Shown here: positions 38,770-52,742 of the stretch, one piece after another | Layout: the number at the start of each line of letters is the position of its first letter | How positions within the stretch are numbered: the first letter of the stretch is position 1 | NCBI RefSeq assembly: GCF_006345805.1 | Contig: NC_043008.1 | Span: forward strand, 9,300,001 to 9,364,000 | Direction of reading: 5' to 3' | DNA from: Octopus sinensis | Lineage: Eukaryota | Length of the DNA stretch: 64,000 bases | Program-made: the position numbers and the translations under genes | Notes under the pieces: model-generated | Told to the model about the DNA's origin: nothing | Databases searched by the model: none | Seen by the model: the letters and a program-made list of their open reading frames with translations, nothing else

Positions 38770-39090
38770 TAAAATATTAGAAAAAAACCCACCTTTTATC
38801 AATTCAAAATGAATAATTAAATTACACCATCTAGAAAATTCCATATAATAGAAAAGTTAAAATTAAAATAACAATAAAAAGTAAAGATTAAGTAAATTAC
38901 AAAAATAATAAAAATGTATATAATAGGTTTTTCTACCTATTATATACATTTTCATAATTTTTGTAATTTACTTAATCTTTACTTTTTATTGTTATTTTAA
39001 TTTTAACTTTTCTATTATATGGAATTTTCTAGATGGTGTAATTTAATTATTCATTTTGAATTGATAAAAGGTGTTTTTTTCTAATATTTT
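38770..39090. repeat. Near-perfect ~160-bp-arm palindrome with a 6-nt loop
   Basis: Centre ..TATAATAGGT-TTTTCT-ACCTATTATA..; the arms match with only a few mismatches. Confidence 0.9.
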
Positions 39091-39327
39091 TTATATATAT
39101 ATATTTAAAAATATATGTATATATGTATAAATGTGTGTTTGTATATATATCTATATATATATAATAATTATGATAATAATCTATGGATGAAATTTATAAA
39201 TATTTCAATGCATCGCTATGCACGTTTCCACAAATGACGTGTTTCTTATGATCATAGTCTATATTCCTGTGATGATTACAGTACAACCCATCATATTCAT
39301 AGACAACAGGTGGATCCAGCCTGATGA

Positions 39328-40352
39328 AATGAATGCATGAACTATGATCTACTCAATGTCCATGGATACAACACATTGTACTGTTATCATCCAAGGAATA
39401 CCATGATTGTAAGAAGCATGTGACTAGTGGAAATGCACATACCAATGCATTAATGTGCTAGTAAATTCCATCCATAGAATATTAAGACAAAGAGCACGAT
39501 TCGATAGCAAGATATTTTATTAGTTGAACGATATTTCAACAGTACGTCTGTCTTTGTTAAGTTCAAAATAAGAAGCGATAAAAGATATTTTGAATTTGAC
39601 AAAGACAGACGTACTGTTGAAATATCGTCCAACTAATAAAATATGTTACAATCGAATCACGCTCTTTTGTCTTGACTGTTTACCTTTGTGAAGAGTTACA
39701 TCAATCTTTTTAAAAATATTATTATTATTATCATTATTATTATTACTATATTTATCTCATGTTATATCCATACAGCTTGGTGCAGCCCCCCCCTCCCCCA
39801 ATAATTGCAGCATTTTGCCCCATCACTAAGTTCTGAGTTCAAATTCTGCTGAGGTTGACTTTACCATTCATCCTTGAGATAAATATAGTAATAATAATAA
39901 ATATAGTAATAATAATAAATATAGATAAATATAGTAATAATAATAATGATAATAATAATAATATTTTTAAAAAGATTGATGTAACTCTTCACAAAGGTAA
40001 ACAGTCAAGACAAAAGAGCGTGATTCGATTGTAACATATTTTATTAGTTGGACGATATTTCAACAGTACGTCTGTCTTTGTCAAATTCAAAATATCTTTT
40101 ATCGCTTCTTATTTTGAACTTAACAAAGACAGACGTACTGTTGAAATATCGTTCAACTAATAAAATATCTTGCTATCGAATCGTGCTCTTTGTCTTAATA
40201 TTCTATGGATGGAATTTACTAGTACATTAATGCATTGGTATGTGCATTTCCACTAGTCACATGCTTCTTACAATCATGGTATTCCTTGGATGATAACAGT
40301 ACAATGTGTTGTATCCATGGACATTGAGTAGATCATAGTTCATGCATTCATT
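39328..40352. repeat. ~430-bp inverted duplication containing a nested ~190-bp MITE-like hairpin
   Basis: 39328-39758 is the reverse complement of ~39876/39924-40352; the ORF track shows near-identical 60-aa ORFs on both arms. Confidence 0.9.
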
Positions 40353-40749
40353 ATTAAAATTAAGATGGTGAGCGGACAGAATCATTTGCATGCTGGACGA
40401 AATTGAAAGAAGCACAGAGCATCTCAAAATGAATTCAGTAGCAAAAGGGTTATACACTGGGAACGTGGACAGATTGTTCTGCCACCATCGCTGCTAATAC
40501 ATATGTTCTTTTTGATCTTTGACTTTTCAGAAAAATACCCAACAAATATGTGTCAGAATGTCAACTTGCCATTTTCCTCTTAATCACTGAGGATGTTGGG
40601 TCAGGTAACCTTCTCCAAGGCAAGGGTGAAGGAACTCAACATAGCATTTATTTCTGACAAAAATGGCTGAGCTAAGAATGGAGTGTATTAACCCATACAT
40701 GGCCTTGTAGCAAGATTAAGGCCTCATACATTTGACCTGTACCAGTATT

Positions 40750-41040
40750 AATGCACCTCAGTTTGGAATCAAGGTCACTTGCACAATGACCTCACGTTGC
40801 TAAACATAGATGTGGTGGCCCTCAGTAAAAGCAGGAATTTTGCAAGGCAAGCACTCATACCCATTTTTGATGACTATGAGATATTCTCATCTCTTGATCA
40901 ATCAAAATCAAGATGTTAGATTGCAGTATTAATCCAGAAATCCTTCGCTCTTAACGTACAAGTTGTCTTCCTGGATCCAGTTAATTAGGGATCTGAGACT
41001 TGAATGATAGTAAAAACGATGCCTTCAGACTAGAGAAGGA
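40750..41040 (+). mobile_element. Possible decayed APE-endonuclease (L1/Tx1-like) fragment
   Basis: WNQGHLHNDLTLLNIDVVALSKS..IAVLIQKS..VQVVFLDP resembles an APE N-terminus. Confidence 0.35.
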
Positions 41041-42190
41041 TGGCCTGGTTTTTTAAAATCCTCTAATGTATCTGTCTTTTTTGGGATATTCCTTGAGGGA
41101 GATTTGACAACTATCTCTTGCCAGTTAATAATTATGTTAATTGCATCAGTGTTTATATTGGCAAAGTTTATTTTGTAGAGAAGCAGTCAATTATACTTTA
41201 ACAATCTTCCCCTAGTCTCCACTCACAGTTGGTTTCCTATTTATAGATAATTTCTAATAATCAAATATTTCTCCCTCTATCTCTACTTTCACTTTCTATC
41301 TCATATCATTGCTTTTTATAAATTTCTCCCTTACATTTCATGTTTTCCCAAATTATTCATAATAACCTTATAAATTTTCCCACTTTTTATTTCTTTAATG
41401 CTACAGTTATGATTTTAAGGCAATTTTACTAATTGCAGTTCTCAATTCTGCTTTCTAATTACATTAAATATAACTCACCAATGTTTATTTTTATTTGTTA
41501 TATTCTAAACACAATTGTTATTTAGTTTCATGTCCCATTTTAAAAAAAAATTCTTTTAGAAACATATTTGATTTAATATCCTTTTATCCTTTTACTTGTT
41601 GAACTTTGGTCAGACTAAGAAATTACCTTTAAGGTTTTCAGCCAATCACATTGCATCCAGTATTTATTGCAGATCATTACTTATTTCATAAATCACTGTT
41701 TATTCAATGTCTATATCATCATCATCATTGTTCGACTGTGGTCAAGACAATGGAATTTACTATGCAACGCCAGACTTCACAGTCCATTATAGCATTAAGT
41801 AGGTCCTGTTGCTGGACGCCTGTATCCCTGGAGATTACATCAGGGTAGGAGAGTGTGCGTCCTCTGGTATCATGAGTAGATGGTTTCTAGAGGAGAAGAG
41901 TAAAAATTGCCTCGTTTTCAGCTCTACAACAATGTCCAGCAAACTGGACTCTCCTACCTTTCACAAGAGATGTCTATATACTTTCTCTCTACCGACTTTT
42001 ACTTTGGTCTGGTCAAAGTTGGATAAAAGTTATTGGTCAAGCGGTATTAATCAGACCACATATAGGATGAATGCAGAAACTACATAGTTACAAAGTGAAC
42101 TTATCAACCATTGTCCCATACCTTCACTGACACTTCACCATACATCAGTTTTTTCACAAAGTTCATAGAGAAACCAAGATTATTATTATA

Positions 42191-42755
42191 TTGGGTTGTC
42201 CAGAAAGTTCGTGCCGATTTTTAAAGAAAAGAAAATGGTCAATAAATACTTGCCATTACATTTTTAATCAACCAAATATGAACCATTTTGTTGCACAATG
42301 CGTCTCCATTTTTCCTTTAACTTGAAAATATCCTCTTCCCCGAATTGAGGTGGTTTCATGGCAAAGAATTCATCAAGGTATCTTTTTACATCATCTAAAG
42401 AATTGAAATTTTTACCATTAAGACTATTCTGCAGAGACCTGAATAAGTGGAAATCCGAAGGAGCAATATCTGGTGAATATGGAGGGTGGGGTAACACATC
42501 CCAGCCGAGCTGCAGCAATTTTTATCTGGTTCCCAAAGCATCAAGTGCTGAAAATGAACTTTCTTATCTTCATTTTAAAGGGTTACAGAATTAACACAGG
42601 TTATAGGAACATAAACCTTCATCCACGAAAAGATAGCTTAAACTGCGCTTCAGATGGAAGTGTAGTCAAATCCTATTTTATGGACTCAACCATGTTCTAA
42701 AATAAGTCGAAAGGTAAGCTACTATAAATCGGCACGAACTTTCCGGACAACCCAA
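42191..42755 (-). mobile_element. Internally deleted mariner (565 bp) with both TIRs and TA TSD
   Basis: TA|TTGGGTTGTCCAGAAAGTTCGTGCCGATTT...AAATCGGCACGAACTTTCCGGACAACCCAA|TA; encodes WDVLPHPPYSPDIAPSDFHLFRSLQN. Confidence 0.92.
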
Positions 42756-42959
42756 TAACTTGTGGCACACACATATGATGAGTTGATGTAATTTCCAAAG
42801 AAGCTGAGCTTACAGCATAGTTTGCAAGTCTCAGCCATAAGTATTTTATTTCCTTCATAATATAAATACGGTTGAGAAAAAGCTGAATGTCCTTCATTTT
42901 GTATCTCGTTTCCTCTTTCCTGCAAAAACGAGGCCTTGTGCCTATGTGGCGTATTTCAT

Positions 42960-43220
42960 CAATCTTAAATGTTGATATCCAATATGGACAGGCCGGAGCT
43001 GGATGTTGGCAGCTAGATATGAAGAACCTCCTGAATGTTGATAAACAGGATGCCGACAAATTGAATGCTGATGGTTTGAATATCTACATCGAAAAATATC
43101 AATATCCTAAACGTCAATAAAGAAAATGTGGATATCCAGAATGTCGATATCCTCAATGTTGACATTCTAAATACTGATATGCTGAATATCAGTATTAATA
43201 TCTTAACTGCTGATTATCTA
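42960..43220. repeat. Degenerate 15-bp minisatellite (AATGTCGATATCCT-like), followed by a (ACT/ACC)n tract to 43500
   Basis: Gives the NVDIL-like period in the ORF track. Confidence 0.7.
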
Positions 43221-43367
43221 ACTACCACAACAGAAACTACTACTACTACTACCATCACCACCACCACCATCACCACCACTACTACTACTACTACAACTAC
43301 CACCACCACCACCACCACCACCACCACCACAACTACTACCACCACCACCACCACTACTACTACTACA

Positions 43368-43402
<35 letters not shown>

Positions 43403-43451
43403 CACCACCACTACCACCACCACCACCACCACTACTACAACAACAACAACA

Positions 43452-43497
<46 letters not shown>

Positions 43498-43573
43498 TTC
43501 CCACCGCCACCACAACCTTCTGCTATTCAGCTCTCTTGACAGTTTCCTACAACTATATATGTCTGTGTGTGTG

Positions 43574-43619
<46 letters not shown>

Positions 43620-43817
43620 ATATAATCAAAATAAGCATCAAGGATATCCAAGGTAGTCGTTGCTTATTTTGATTATAATCACCCCATTTGATTTATATGG
43701 ATAATACCATACCTAATTCTGGTGCCTTTAACCTAAGTACCATATTCATCTGAATCTAAATTTTGCACATACATATATATATATATATATGTGTGTGTGT
43801 GTATAGATGTACGTATG

Positions 43818-43848
<31 letters not shown>

Positions 43849-45489
43849 GTATATATGTATATATTATACAGTATTTAATGCATACTACTACATCAACTAC
43901 TAAATGACATTACTCACCCCCACACATTCCTATAACATTGATAGCACGGATGGCTGAGTCTGTTTGGTGCCAGACAATTAGCTATGGAAACCAGTGGTTT
44001 AAATTCATATTCATCACTGCATTATGCTCCTGGCTAATTTCCTCTCAAAACAGCTCACATCATCATCACCATTGTACTTTAACATCTGTCTTCCATGCTG
44101 GCATGGGTCAGACAGTTTGACCAGAGCTGGTAAACCAGGGAACTGCACCAGGTTCCAGTCTTATTTGGCTTCGTTTCTATGGCTAGATGCCCTTCCTAGC
44201 ACCAACTACTTCAGAGTGTGTTCTGGGTGCTTCTAATGTCGCACTGGTATGAGCTCCTTTATGTGACAGTGGCATGAGTGCTTTTTATGCAGCACTGACA
44301 CAGTACTTTGCTGGTGGCCAATCCCCTTCACCAGGGTGAGTGTCCTTAAAATTTCTGCTGTGAAGGACAGGTCTTCTTGAGTACAACAATGTGCTGAGTA
44401 TCTCATCTGAAAGGTTCAACACCCTGAGGTTGTCCTTCCCTTTATTATAAATCAACACCACCAAACAGAAATGACTTTCTACTACTTTCTAGTGAGACAT
44501 TGCATGATTGACAAATGCTAAGTTAATTTACAGGGCTGAGATAGTTTACAGGGCTTGAGTAGCTTATAGGGATATGTTAGCTTAGAGTACAATGTTCAAT
44601 TTTTAATGTTGGGGAGCTGGCAGAAACGTTAGCATGCCGGGTGAAATGCTTAGTGGTATTTCGTTTGCCATTGCGTTCTGAGTTCAAATTCTGCTGAGGT
44701 CGACTTTGCCTTTCATCCTTTCAAGGTTGATTAAATAAGTACCAGTTAATCACTGGTACGATGTCATCAACTTAATCCCCTTGTCTGCCCTTGTTTGTCC
44801 CCTCTATGTTTAGCCCCATTTGTTCGAGGTGATACACATAGGAATTGAACCCAGAAATCCTATGAATGGAAAGCAAACTTTTTAATCCACATATCTATTC
44901 CTGTGCTCCAGATACTTCACAGCAACCTTGAAATCTTCTCCAATATAATCTAAATATGAAGATATGGTCGAAGATATAAGTGAGAGTTGATTAGTAATAT
45001 TTGATTATCCTGTTGCTAGCTGAGAGTTTCTATCTACTGCAGACATCAAGTTGTGTTTCTGGGGAAAAATATTGGATTTTATGTGCTTCACTTCCTTTAA
45101 CTGTTGGAAATAGGTGCCAGGCCTTTATAGAAATGTTATTTCTGATGGCCGGCATTCTATTTATTACCTATCTTTCAAACATAAAATTCTCCAGAATTAA
45201 TCCCTGCTTTCTGAAAATGTGAGAAATGGAAATAGTCAATTAGAGAAACTGTAGTCACCTGTTCAAGAATTTTCAATTAGATCTTCTGAAAAAGCTATTT
45301 ATCTTTCTGCAATGCCAGCACAGATATATAGAACTTAAATCCACTGTAGTATTTTGTTGTGTAGCTGTTAATTAATGTTAAGATTAATGTAAAAAATAAA
45401 TAATGCTGAAGCAAAGTAACACCAAATATATATAGTGCATGTGTTTTTATTGGCTAAACTGGCAAAATGACCATTCCGAAATATAACAA

Positions 45490-45975
45490 AATTTTGTATT
45501 TTTTTCTTACATGAATTGACCTCTCCTCATCACGTAAGATTTGTATCTGGTGTATTCATGCACAACATTTCTGATTGTTTTTTTCTGACACACAAAATGT
45601 TTTTGCAATTGACCTCATTGATTTTTTGGATTGTCTCCAATGTTTGGCTTCACTTCTTGAATAAATTCAGGTGTCCTAATAGAATCAGAACATTTGGAAT
45701 GTGTTTTACATTGTTATACAGGTAATACACTTCCATCTTCTTTCTCTGATTCACACCAAATTTTGTGGACAAAAGATCTTGCAACTTCCAGAAAACGAAA
45801 AATTTCTAAATCACCATGCTTAGCCTTCAAAGCCACAATTACAGTGTGCATTTTCATTTGATTAGTAAACATAGGGTCTGTCGTTGTTATTTTCTGAAAT
45901 AGAAGTTCAATAAAAATTATTCAAATAAAATAATGACTAAAAGTGCACGTGTCCTCAAATACTGTCCTCACCATG
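45490..45975 (-). mobile_element. maT/DD37D-like Tc1-mariner 5' fragment
   Basis: TA|CATGGTG terminus; MKMHTVIVALKAKHGDLEI..VARSFVHK..IRTPEFIQ..SMRSIAK..VSEKTIRNVVHE..YKSYVMRRGQFM (DNA-binding region). The subfamily call is from recall. Confidence 0.65.
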
Positions 45976-45982
45976 TATATAT

Positions 45983-46035
<53 letters not shown>

Positions 46036-46040
46036 AATAT

Positions 46041-46133
<93 letters not shown>

Positions 46134-46480
46134 CGTGTGAAGGCGTGTGGCTCAGTGGTTAGAGCATCGAGCTTACGATCGTGAGGTTGTGAGCTCGAAT
46201 CCCGGACCGGGCTGCGTGTTGTGTTCTTGAGCAAGACACTTTATTTCACGTTGCTCCAGTTCACTCAGCTGTAGAAATGAGTTGCGACGTCACAGGTGCC
46301 AAGCTTTATCGGCCCCTTTGCCTTTCCCTGGATAACATCGGTGACGTGGAGAGGGGAGGCCGGTATGCATGGGCGACTGCTGGTCTTCCATAAAAAAAAA
46401 ACAACCTTGCCCAGACTTGTGCCTCAGAGGGTAACTCTCTAGGTGCAAACCCATGGTCAGTGTCTGACCGAAGGGGGTCA

Positions 46481-46527
<47 letters not shown>

Positions 46528-46783
46528 ATATAAATTAGAGATAAAACGACTGTTATACAACTCAGATAGTGGATTATTTATTTTTATACTTTTTGAGATT
46601 TAGTTATCTGTTTTATAAAAATATATTTTATTTGTTTTTTATGTTTTGGTTTATGTCTATCACAGTTTGAGTTGCATAATAGTGGTTTTATATATCGAAT
46701 TTATATTTTATATATTTATATTGTGAAATTTGATTTACTACTAAATTGAATTTTTCCCTGTAAGTTTAGAGTTATACTCCCTA

Positions 46784-46814
<31 letters not shown>

Positions 46815-47289
46815 CATTGTATATATATAAATCCCCCTCTTTCCTTCCTCCTCCTCTCCCCCTCTCTCACTCACCCCTATCTCTCACCATCTCTCCCCTT
46901 CTGTCTTTCTGCCTGTCTTCTCTCTCTCTCTCTGTATATATTTATATATATGTGTATGTGTGTAAGTATCTATATGTATATGTACATACACACACACACA
47001 AGATGATTAGAAAATGTATGAGGCCCACTTCCAAAATACATTTAAAACAAAGAAACCGAAAGAATAAAACACACAAAACTCTGATCGAGTTGAGCTGCTA
47101 TATTTACTGAAGAAAAGAACATTTTCTGAAATAGAACAGGAAATCCAATGGTTCGTTGATGGTGAAAGCTTGCAAAGAATTGTGGGATTATAGAAGTGTG
47201 GAATTGATGGTGGAGCTACTGACAGGAAACAGTTCTCTGAGTTAGGAGCAAAAAAAGGAAAGCTTTTCATCAGATGATAAACCAGTAAT

Positions 47290-47319
47290 GGCAGTGATGA
47301 CGACGATGATGATGATGAT

Positions 47320-47369
<50 letters not shown>

Positions 47370-47552
47370 GGTGGGGATGATGATGGTGATGGCACTGGTA
47401 GTAATGATGGTGGTGGGGGTGAGCATTAGGATAATCGTTCGCATCAGGATTATCATGATGGTTATAATGATGGTTTTTATATAGCCCTTCTCATCCTCCT
47501 CCTCCACCTCATCATCATCATCATCACCATCTCCTTCATGATCATGATCATG

Positions 47553-47592
<40 letters not shown>

Positions 47593-47885
47593 CCCTCACT
47601 ATCATGATCATCATTGTCATTATCATGATCATCTTCCTACTTTACTTCCTCCTCCTCCTCATCACTATCATCCACACCATCATCATCTTCATCACCATTG
47701 TCATCGTTGTCATCATCATCACTATCATCGTCTAAGCCTAACCACCACCACCATCATCATCCTCATCATCATCCTTCTCCTCCTCCTCCTCCTCCTCCTC
47801 ATCATCATCATCATCATCATCGTTATCATCATCAACATAATCATCGTTGTCACCCCCACCCTCCCCATCATCATCATCATCGTTA
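47290..47885. repeat. (GAT/GGT)n block followed by a (CAT/CCT)n block
   Basis: Direct reading. Confidence 0.9.
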
Positions 47886-48018
47886 ACATCTATAATGAAA
47901 ACATCATGAGGATCCGGGAAGAAGAAGCTATCTTCAAAGCTGTCAGTTGTTAGACAAAGTTAAGCTAAGCTGTGCTACAAAGCATAATGTTTTGAGTTCT
48001 TCAGCCTTGATCTGAGTA

Positions 48019-48065
<47 letters not shown>

Positions 48066-49304
48066 TGCATGCATGATTGTACAGACACACACACTCAGAG
48101 GGCCATATATATAAACGCACAACCTCAAAATCTATTTGTTTTTTGGGTTGGAAGTCTGCTATCGTGCACTAAAAACTGTGTTCGAAACCAACAAGCTGGC
48201 AAACCTGATTAGCATCACACCATCTTGGATGATGCAGCAGCCCTAGTTACAGAAAACTATGAAATAATCACTACTGACACATCTTTGGTTATGGGTCGGC
48301 TTGATCAAGATTGGCCTAGGGTTAAATAACAACTGCAGTGGTCAGTGTTCTGTTTTGGAGAGACACAAAGATATCTAACACACAGGTAAACACTTCTGGG
48401 AGTGAAGTTGAAAGCTGCCTGAAATTATTAGAAAATAACATGATAGTATACAACGAGCTTCTTTCAGTTTCCATCAACCAAATCTATGGCTATAGCAGAA
48501 GACACATGGGTAAGTGTCTTCTACTATAGCCTCGGGCCAACCAAAGCCTTGTGAGTGGATTTGGTAGACAGAAACTGAAAGAAACCTGTTGTGTGTGTGT
48601 ACGTATATATATATATACGACGGGCTTCTTTCAGTTTCTGTCTACCCAATCCACTCACAAGGCGTTTGTCAGCATTGGAGGCTATGTTATATATATATGT
48701 ATCATCATCATTATCGTTTAATGTCTGCTTTCCATGCTGGCATGGGTTGATTGAGGACTGGTGAGCCAGAGGCTGAACCAGGCTCAATCTGATCTGGCAA
48801 AGTTTCTACAGCTGGATGCCCTTCGTAACGCCAACAACTTCGAGAGTGTAGTGGGTGCTTTTACGTGCCACCGGCATGAGGGCCAGTCAGGCGGTTCTGG
48901 CAATGACCACGCCCAAAATGTGTTTTTATGTGCTACCTGCATGGGAGTCAGTCCAGCAGTATATGTGCCAGTAAGGCAACACTGGCAATGATCACGTTCG
49001 AATGGTGCTTTTCCCGTGTCACTTGCACGGGAGCCAATCTGTGACCCTAGCAACGATCACATGTGTTTTCGGTGCGAATGGTTTTTTTTATACGGTGCCA
49101 TTTTTAAAATCCTGTAAATAATAATAATAATGGTATTTTTATATAAGCTTCAAGCTTACGGTGATCACAGTGCAATGACTAAGGAAAATAGTCTAATAAA
49201 GGGGTATATAAGCCCTTGACAGAAAAAAGAAGGCCTTCAAATCTGACAGAATAAGATAACAAATCCAAGGCTGTGAGGAGATTTCAGGACATATATAATA
49301 AAAT

Positions 49305-49353
49305 AGTCTTACAGCTGTTTCTGGGATATTATAGATATCCCTTCATCAGAGAC
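49305..49353 (-). ncRNA. Minimal hammerhead ribozyme motif (Penelope-like type)
   Basis: Minus strand: GUCU-CUGAUGA-A-GGGAUA-ucuauaa-UAUCCC-A-GAAAC-AGCU-GUA-AGAC. Stems I and II pair, stem III is the palindrome ACAGCUGU, and the cleavage triplet is GUA. An A.A opposition sits at the base of stem II. Confidence 0.75.
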
Positions 49354-50739
49354 AATGTGAGAAAATATTTGAGTTTGAATTATTGTAGAAAAGACAGGGA
49401 ATATAGTAGGAAATAAGAGAATGAAAGTAGAAATAAGATATATAAAGTTATTGTAGTTGCAGTTCCATTATTAGAGAAAAATGGTGTACAGAAGTAGTAA
49501 AACAGTTTCATGTACATGGTGTGTAAGTTCCAATAGTTTTTTTTATCTTTTTTAATATAATTTTATTTTTGGATAGAATATTGTGTTTTCTTTTCCTTTT
49601 ATGCAAACTGTCAAATTTAACCCAAACACCCTATAAATCTGACATTTGACAACTCTGTATCCCAAGAATATATGGGGATAAGCATCTAATGACTACCATG
49701 GTGCTGTTTAACCCTTTTGTTGCTGTATTTATTTTGGGATGCTCTGTGTTTCGTTCAATTACTTTAAATATAACAAAGAATTTAGTAAAATAACTTAGTT
49801 ATCATTAAGCTAATGTTAGGAACATAAATTGTGACTAAGGTTTGGTGGAAGATTTTAATTCAAAACTTATGAAAACAAGACATTTGTACTCAGAGCCAGA
49901 GTCAGTTTCAGCCAGGTTGGTATCAAAAGGATTAAGAATTCACTTTCCAATGTTGCTCACTGTTTTTTCTGCATAGGAAAGGGTTTTTAATAAACGTTTG
50001 TTGACTGTGATCATATTAAACATGGTAAATTGATTAAAAATCGATTATCACCATAACAATAATATTCTCCAAAGAAATTTGATAAAATTTCTGACAGCTA
50101 AAATCTAAATCTAAAACAGTGATTTAATTATTGAGTTAAAGACAATATGGCAATTAAAATATGTATCTCTCACCCCTTTAGTAATTAGTTAAACTGGAAC
50201 TATTTCTATAAGTTTTTCAATAGATTACCTACAAGGATAAACATAGCCATGTCCCAAAATCAGCAAAGTACAGTGAGTGAAAAACTTAACCCTTCCAATT
50301 ATTGGTATAGACCATGTGATAGATTTTTACAATCTTTGTGGAGGACCGGTCAGAGTTCTTCTCATTTATCCACATGCAGCTCTTGGCACTACTATAGAGC
50401 CATGGGAGGCGAATTGAGCTTGTGTGGAGGCACATGGCCTAGTAGTTAGAGCAGTGGACTCGCGGTCGAGAGATCACGGGTTCGAATCTCAGACTGAGTG
50501 TTGTGTTTGTTTATGAGCGAAAGGTGAAACAACAATGAGCTTGAGAAATTTCCAGAGGAATCTGGAAATGGTATCATTTGCTCCCGGTCTTCCATGAAAA
50601 CGTGTCTTGTCTTGGGGATATATTACCTTGATGAGAAACAGGTGAGGGTTGGTGAAAAGAGGGGTAATTGGCTGTAGGAAAATCTACCTAAATAAATTCT
50701 GTCTGACCTAAAAAAACTATGGAAAAGTGGACATTAAGA

Positions 50740-51148
50740 TAACGATGATGGCGATGACGACAACAATGACGAAAATGATGATGATGATGGTGATGACAAT
50801 GGTGGTGATGATGATGATGATGACGACGACGACGATGGTGATGACAATAGGGCGGTGAGCTATAAGATCGTTAGCACGCCGGGCGAAATGTTTAGAGGTA
50901 TTTCGTCTGCCGTTACGTTCTGAGTTCGAATTCTGCCAAGGTCGACTTTGCCTTTCATCCTTTCGGGGTCGATTAAATAAGTACCAGTTACGCACTGGGG
51001 TCGATATAATCGACTTAATCTGTTTGTCTGTCCTTGTTTGTCCCCTCTGTGTTTCGCCCCTTGTAGTAAAGAAATAGATGGTGATGATGGTGGTGGTGGT
51101 GATGACGACGACGATGATGATGATGATGATGATGATGACGACGACGAC

Positions 51149-51179
<31 letters not shown>

Positions 51180-51181
51180 TC

Positions 51182-51218
<37 letters not shown>

Positions 51219-51245
51219 GTGATGATGGTGGTGATAATGACTTTA
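50740..51245 (+). mobile_element. Full SINE A (50850-51077) inside a (GAT)n microsatellite
   Basis: Complete head to tail with (GAT/GAC)n on both flanks. Confidence 0.85.
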
Positions 51246-51854
51246 TATTTCATTTAAAAAAAAATGTGACTTAGAAGAATTAGCAGGGCATCAGACAAAA
51301 ATACTTGTGGTACTTAATTCCATTATTTTGGATTGTGTATTTATATCCCGCTGGGGACCAACTTTTTTGCCTTTTCATTCTTCATAGACTGATTAAAATA
51401 AGTACTGCCAAAATCCCTCACCCCACCATCACCCCACCCCCTGCTTTCCTACCAAATTTATGGTCTTGATCCTTTGTGCTTGTATTAAAAATCAATATCT
51501 TTTTCATTAAATTGCCATTTTTAACCAAATTCCTGCAATTGGTAGAGGGCTCGTGATTTCACCGTTCCACTGAGTGGGTTGTGCAGTTATGCAGAAAATT
51601 AGTCAGGTAATAAAAACAAAATAGAATTTAGTGTTCTGAGATGGCAGTGTTCTTAGTCTAAGTATAAAGCTCACTTCCAGAAAATTCCTGATATAAAAAT
51701 AAAAAAAACAAACAAGAAGAAAAAGAAAAAGAAGCATGCAGAAAACGGTAAAGATACTGAACTGATTTCCCTGAAGAAAAATGCAGTTTGATTAGAAAGA
51801 AGGAAAGAAAGAAAGAAAGAAAGAATGAATGACTATAATGAACTTGGCTCCAAA

Positions 51855-52277
51855 TAACAATTGTGTTAGTAGTAGTAGTAGTAGTAGTAGTAGTAGCTGT
51901 AGCAGCAGTGGTGGTGATAGTAGTAGTAGTGATGGTGATAGCAGCAGTAGTGGTGGTTGTACTGGTGGTGGTGGTGGTGGTGCTAATAGTAGTAGTAGTA
52001 GTAGTAGCAGCAGTGGTGGTGATAGTAGTAGTAGTGGTGGTGATAGTAGCAGTAGTGGTTGTGGTGGTAGTAGTAGTAGTAGCAGCAGCAGTGGTGTTGG
52101 TGTTGGTAGTGGTGGTGGTGGTGGTGGTGTTAGTAGTAGTAATAGTAGTAGTAGCCGTTGGTGTAACCCCCCCCCATCCTTTACCCAGAAGCTTGGCTTA
52201 TGTGAGTTGTTGATTGGTTGTTTGTTTGCTGTACCATATTGGGTGGGGTTGGATGTGCAGGTGAGAAAATAAAAACA

Positions 52278-52324
<47 letters not shown>

Positions 52325-52325
52325 G
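51855..52325. repeat. (AGT/GGT/AGC)n and (CAA)n microsatellites
   Basis: Direct reading; explains the poly-V/S/L ORFs. Confidence 0.9.
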
Positions 52326-52589
52326 CAGCTTCATCAATGTACTAAATTAGCAAACGAGGATTTATAACGAGTGATAAAAAGAAAATTGATAATTCATTAA
52401 TGAAGATAAAATTAGCCACACCAGATACTTGAGTTATTATCTTTTAATGTTTTTATTTAACAACTAAATTAGAGTTTTGAAAAAAAACAGGATTGTGTTA
52501 TACAAACTGTTCTATATTTTTTTGAGAAATGAGGAATTTTGTGCATTATTTACATTGGACAGATTTGTGTCCTCATCTTGTTTCTTGTT

Positions 52590-52635
52590 ACCACAACATT
52601 TCGGCTAATTTACTCTCCAGCCTTCATCAGGTGTC
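52590..52635 (-). ncRNA. Decayed copy of the same minimal hammerhead motif
   Basis: Reverse-complement copy of 53041-53086 with ACGU changed to AUGU (CpG decay) and CAGCC changed to UAGCC. Confidence 0.5.
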
Positions 52636-52693
52636 CTGGTAGAATTTTGAACCCAACCCTGGGTTCTCGTTCCTAAGGTATTTTTTTTGCTGA

Positions 52694-52742
<49 letters not shown>

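Noticed and set aside
39450-40230. Two near-identical 60-aa ORFs (MDDISTVRLS...)
   Set aside because: A by-product of the inverted duplication of a palindromic MITE; no protein features.
46135-46210. tRNA-like sequence (also at 17480-17560, 50440-50510, 52822-52890)
   Set aside because: These are SINE heads continuing into repeat bodies, with no complete acceptor stem, so they are not tRNA genes.
47050-47280. Coding-looking plus-strand frame (..KRTFSEIEQEIQWFVDGESLQRIVGL*KCGIDGG..)
   Set aside because: Internal stop, no start or credible splice sites, and no family I recognise.
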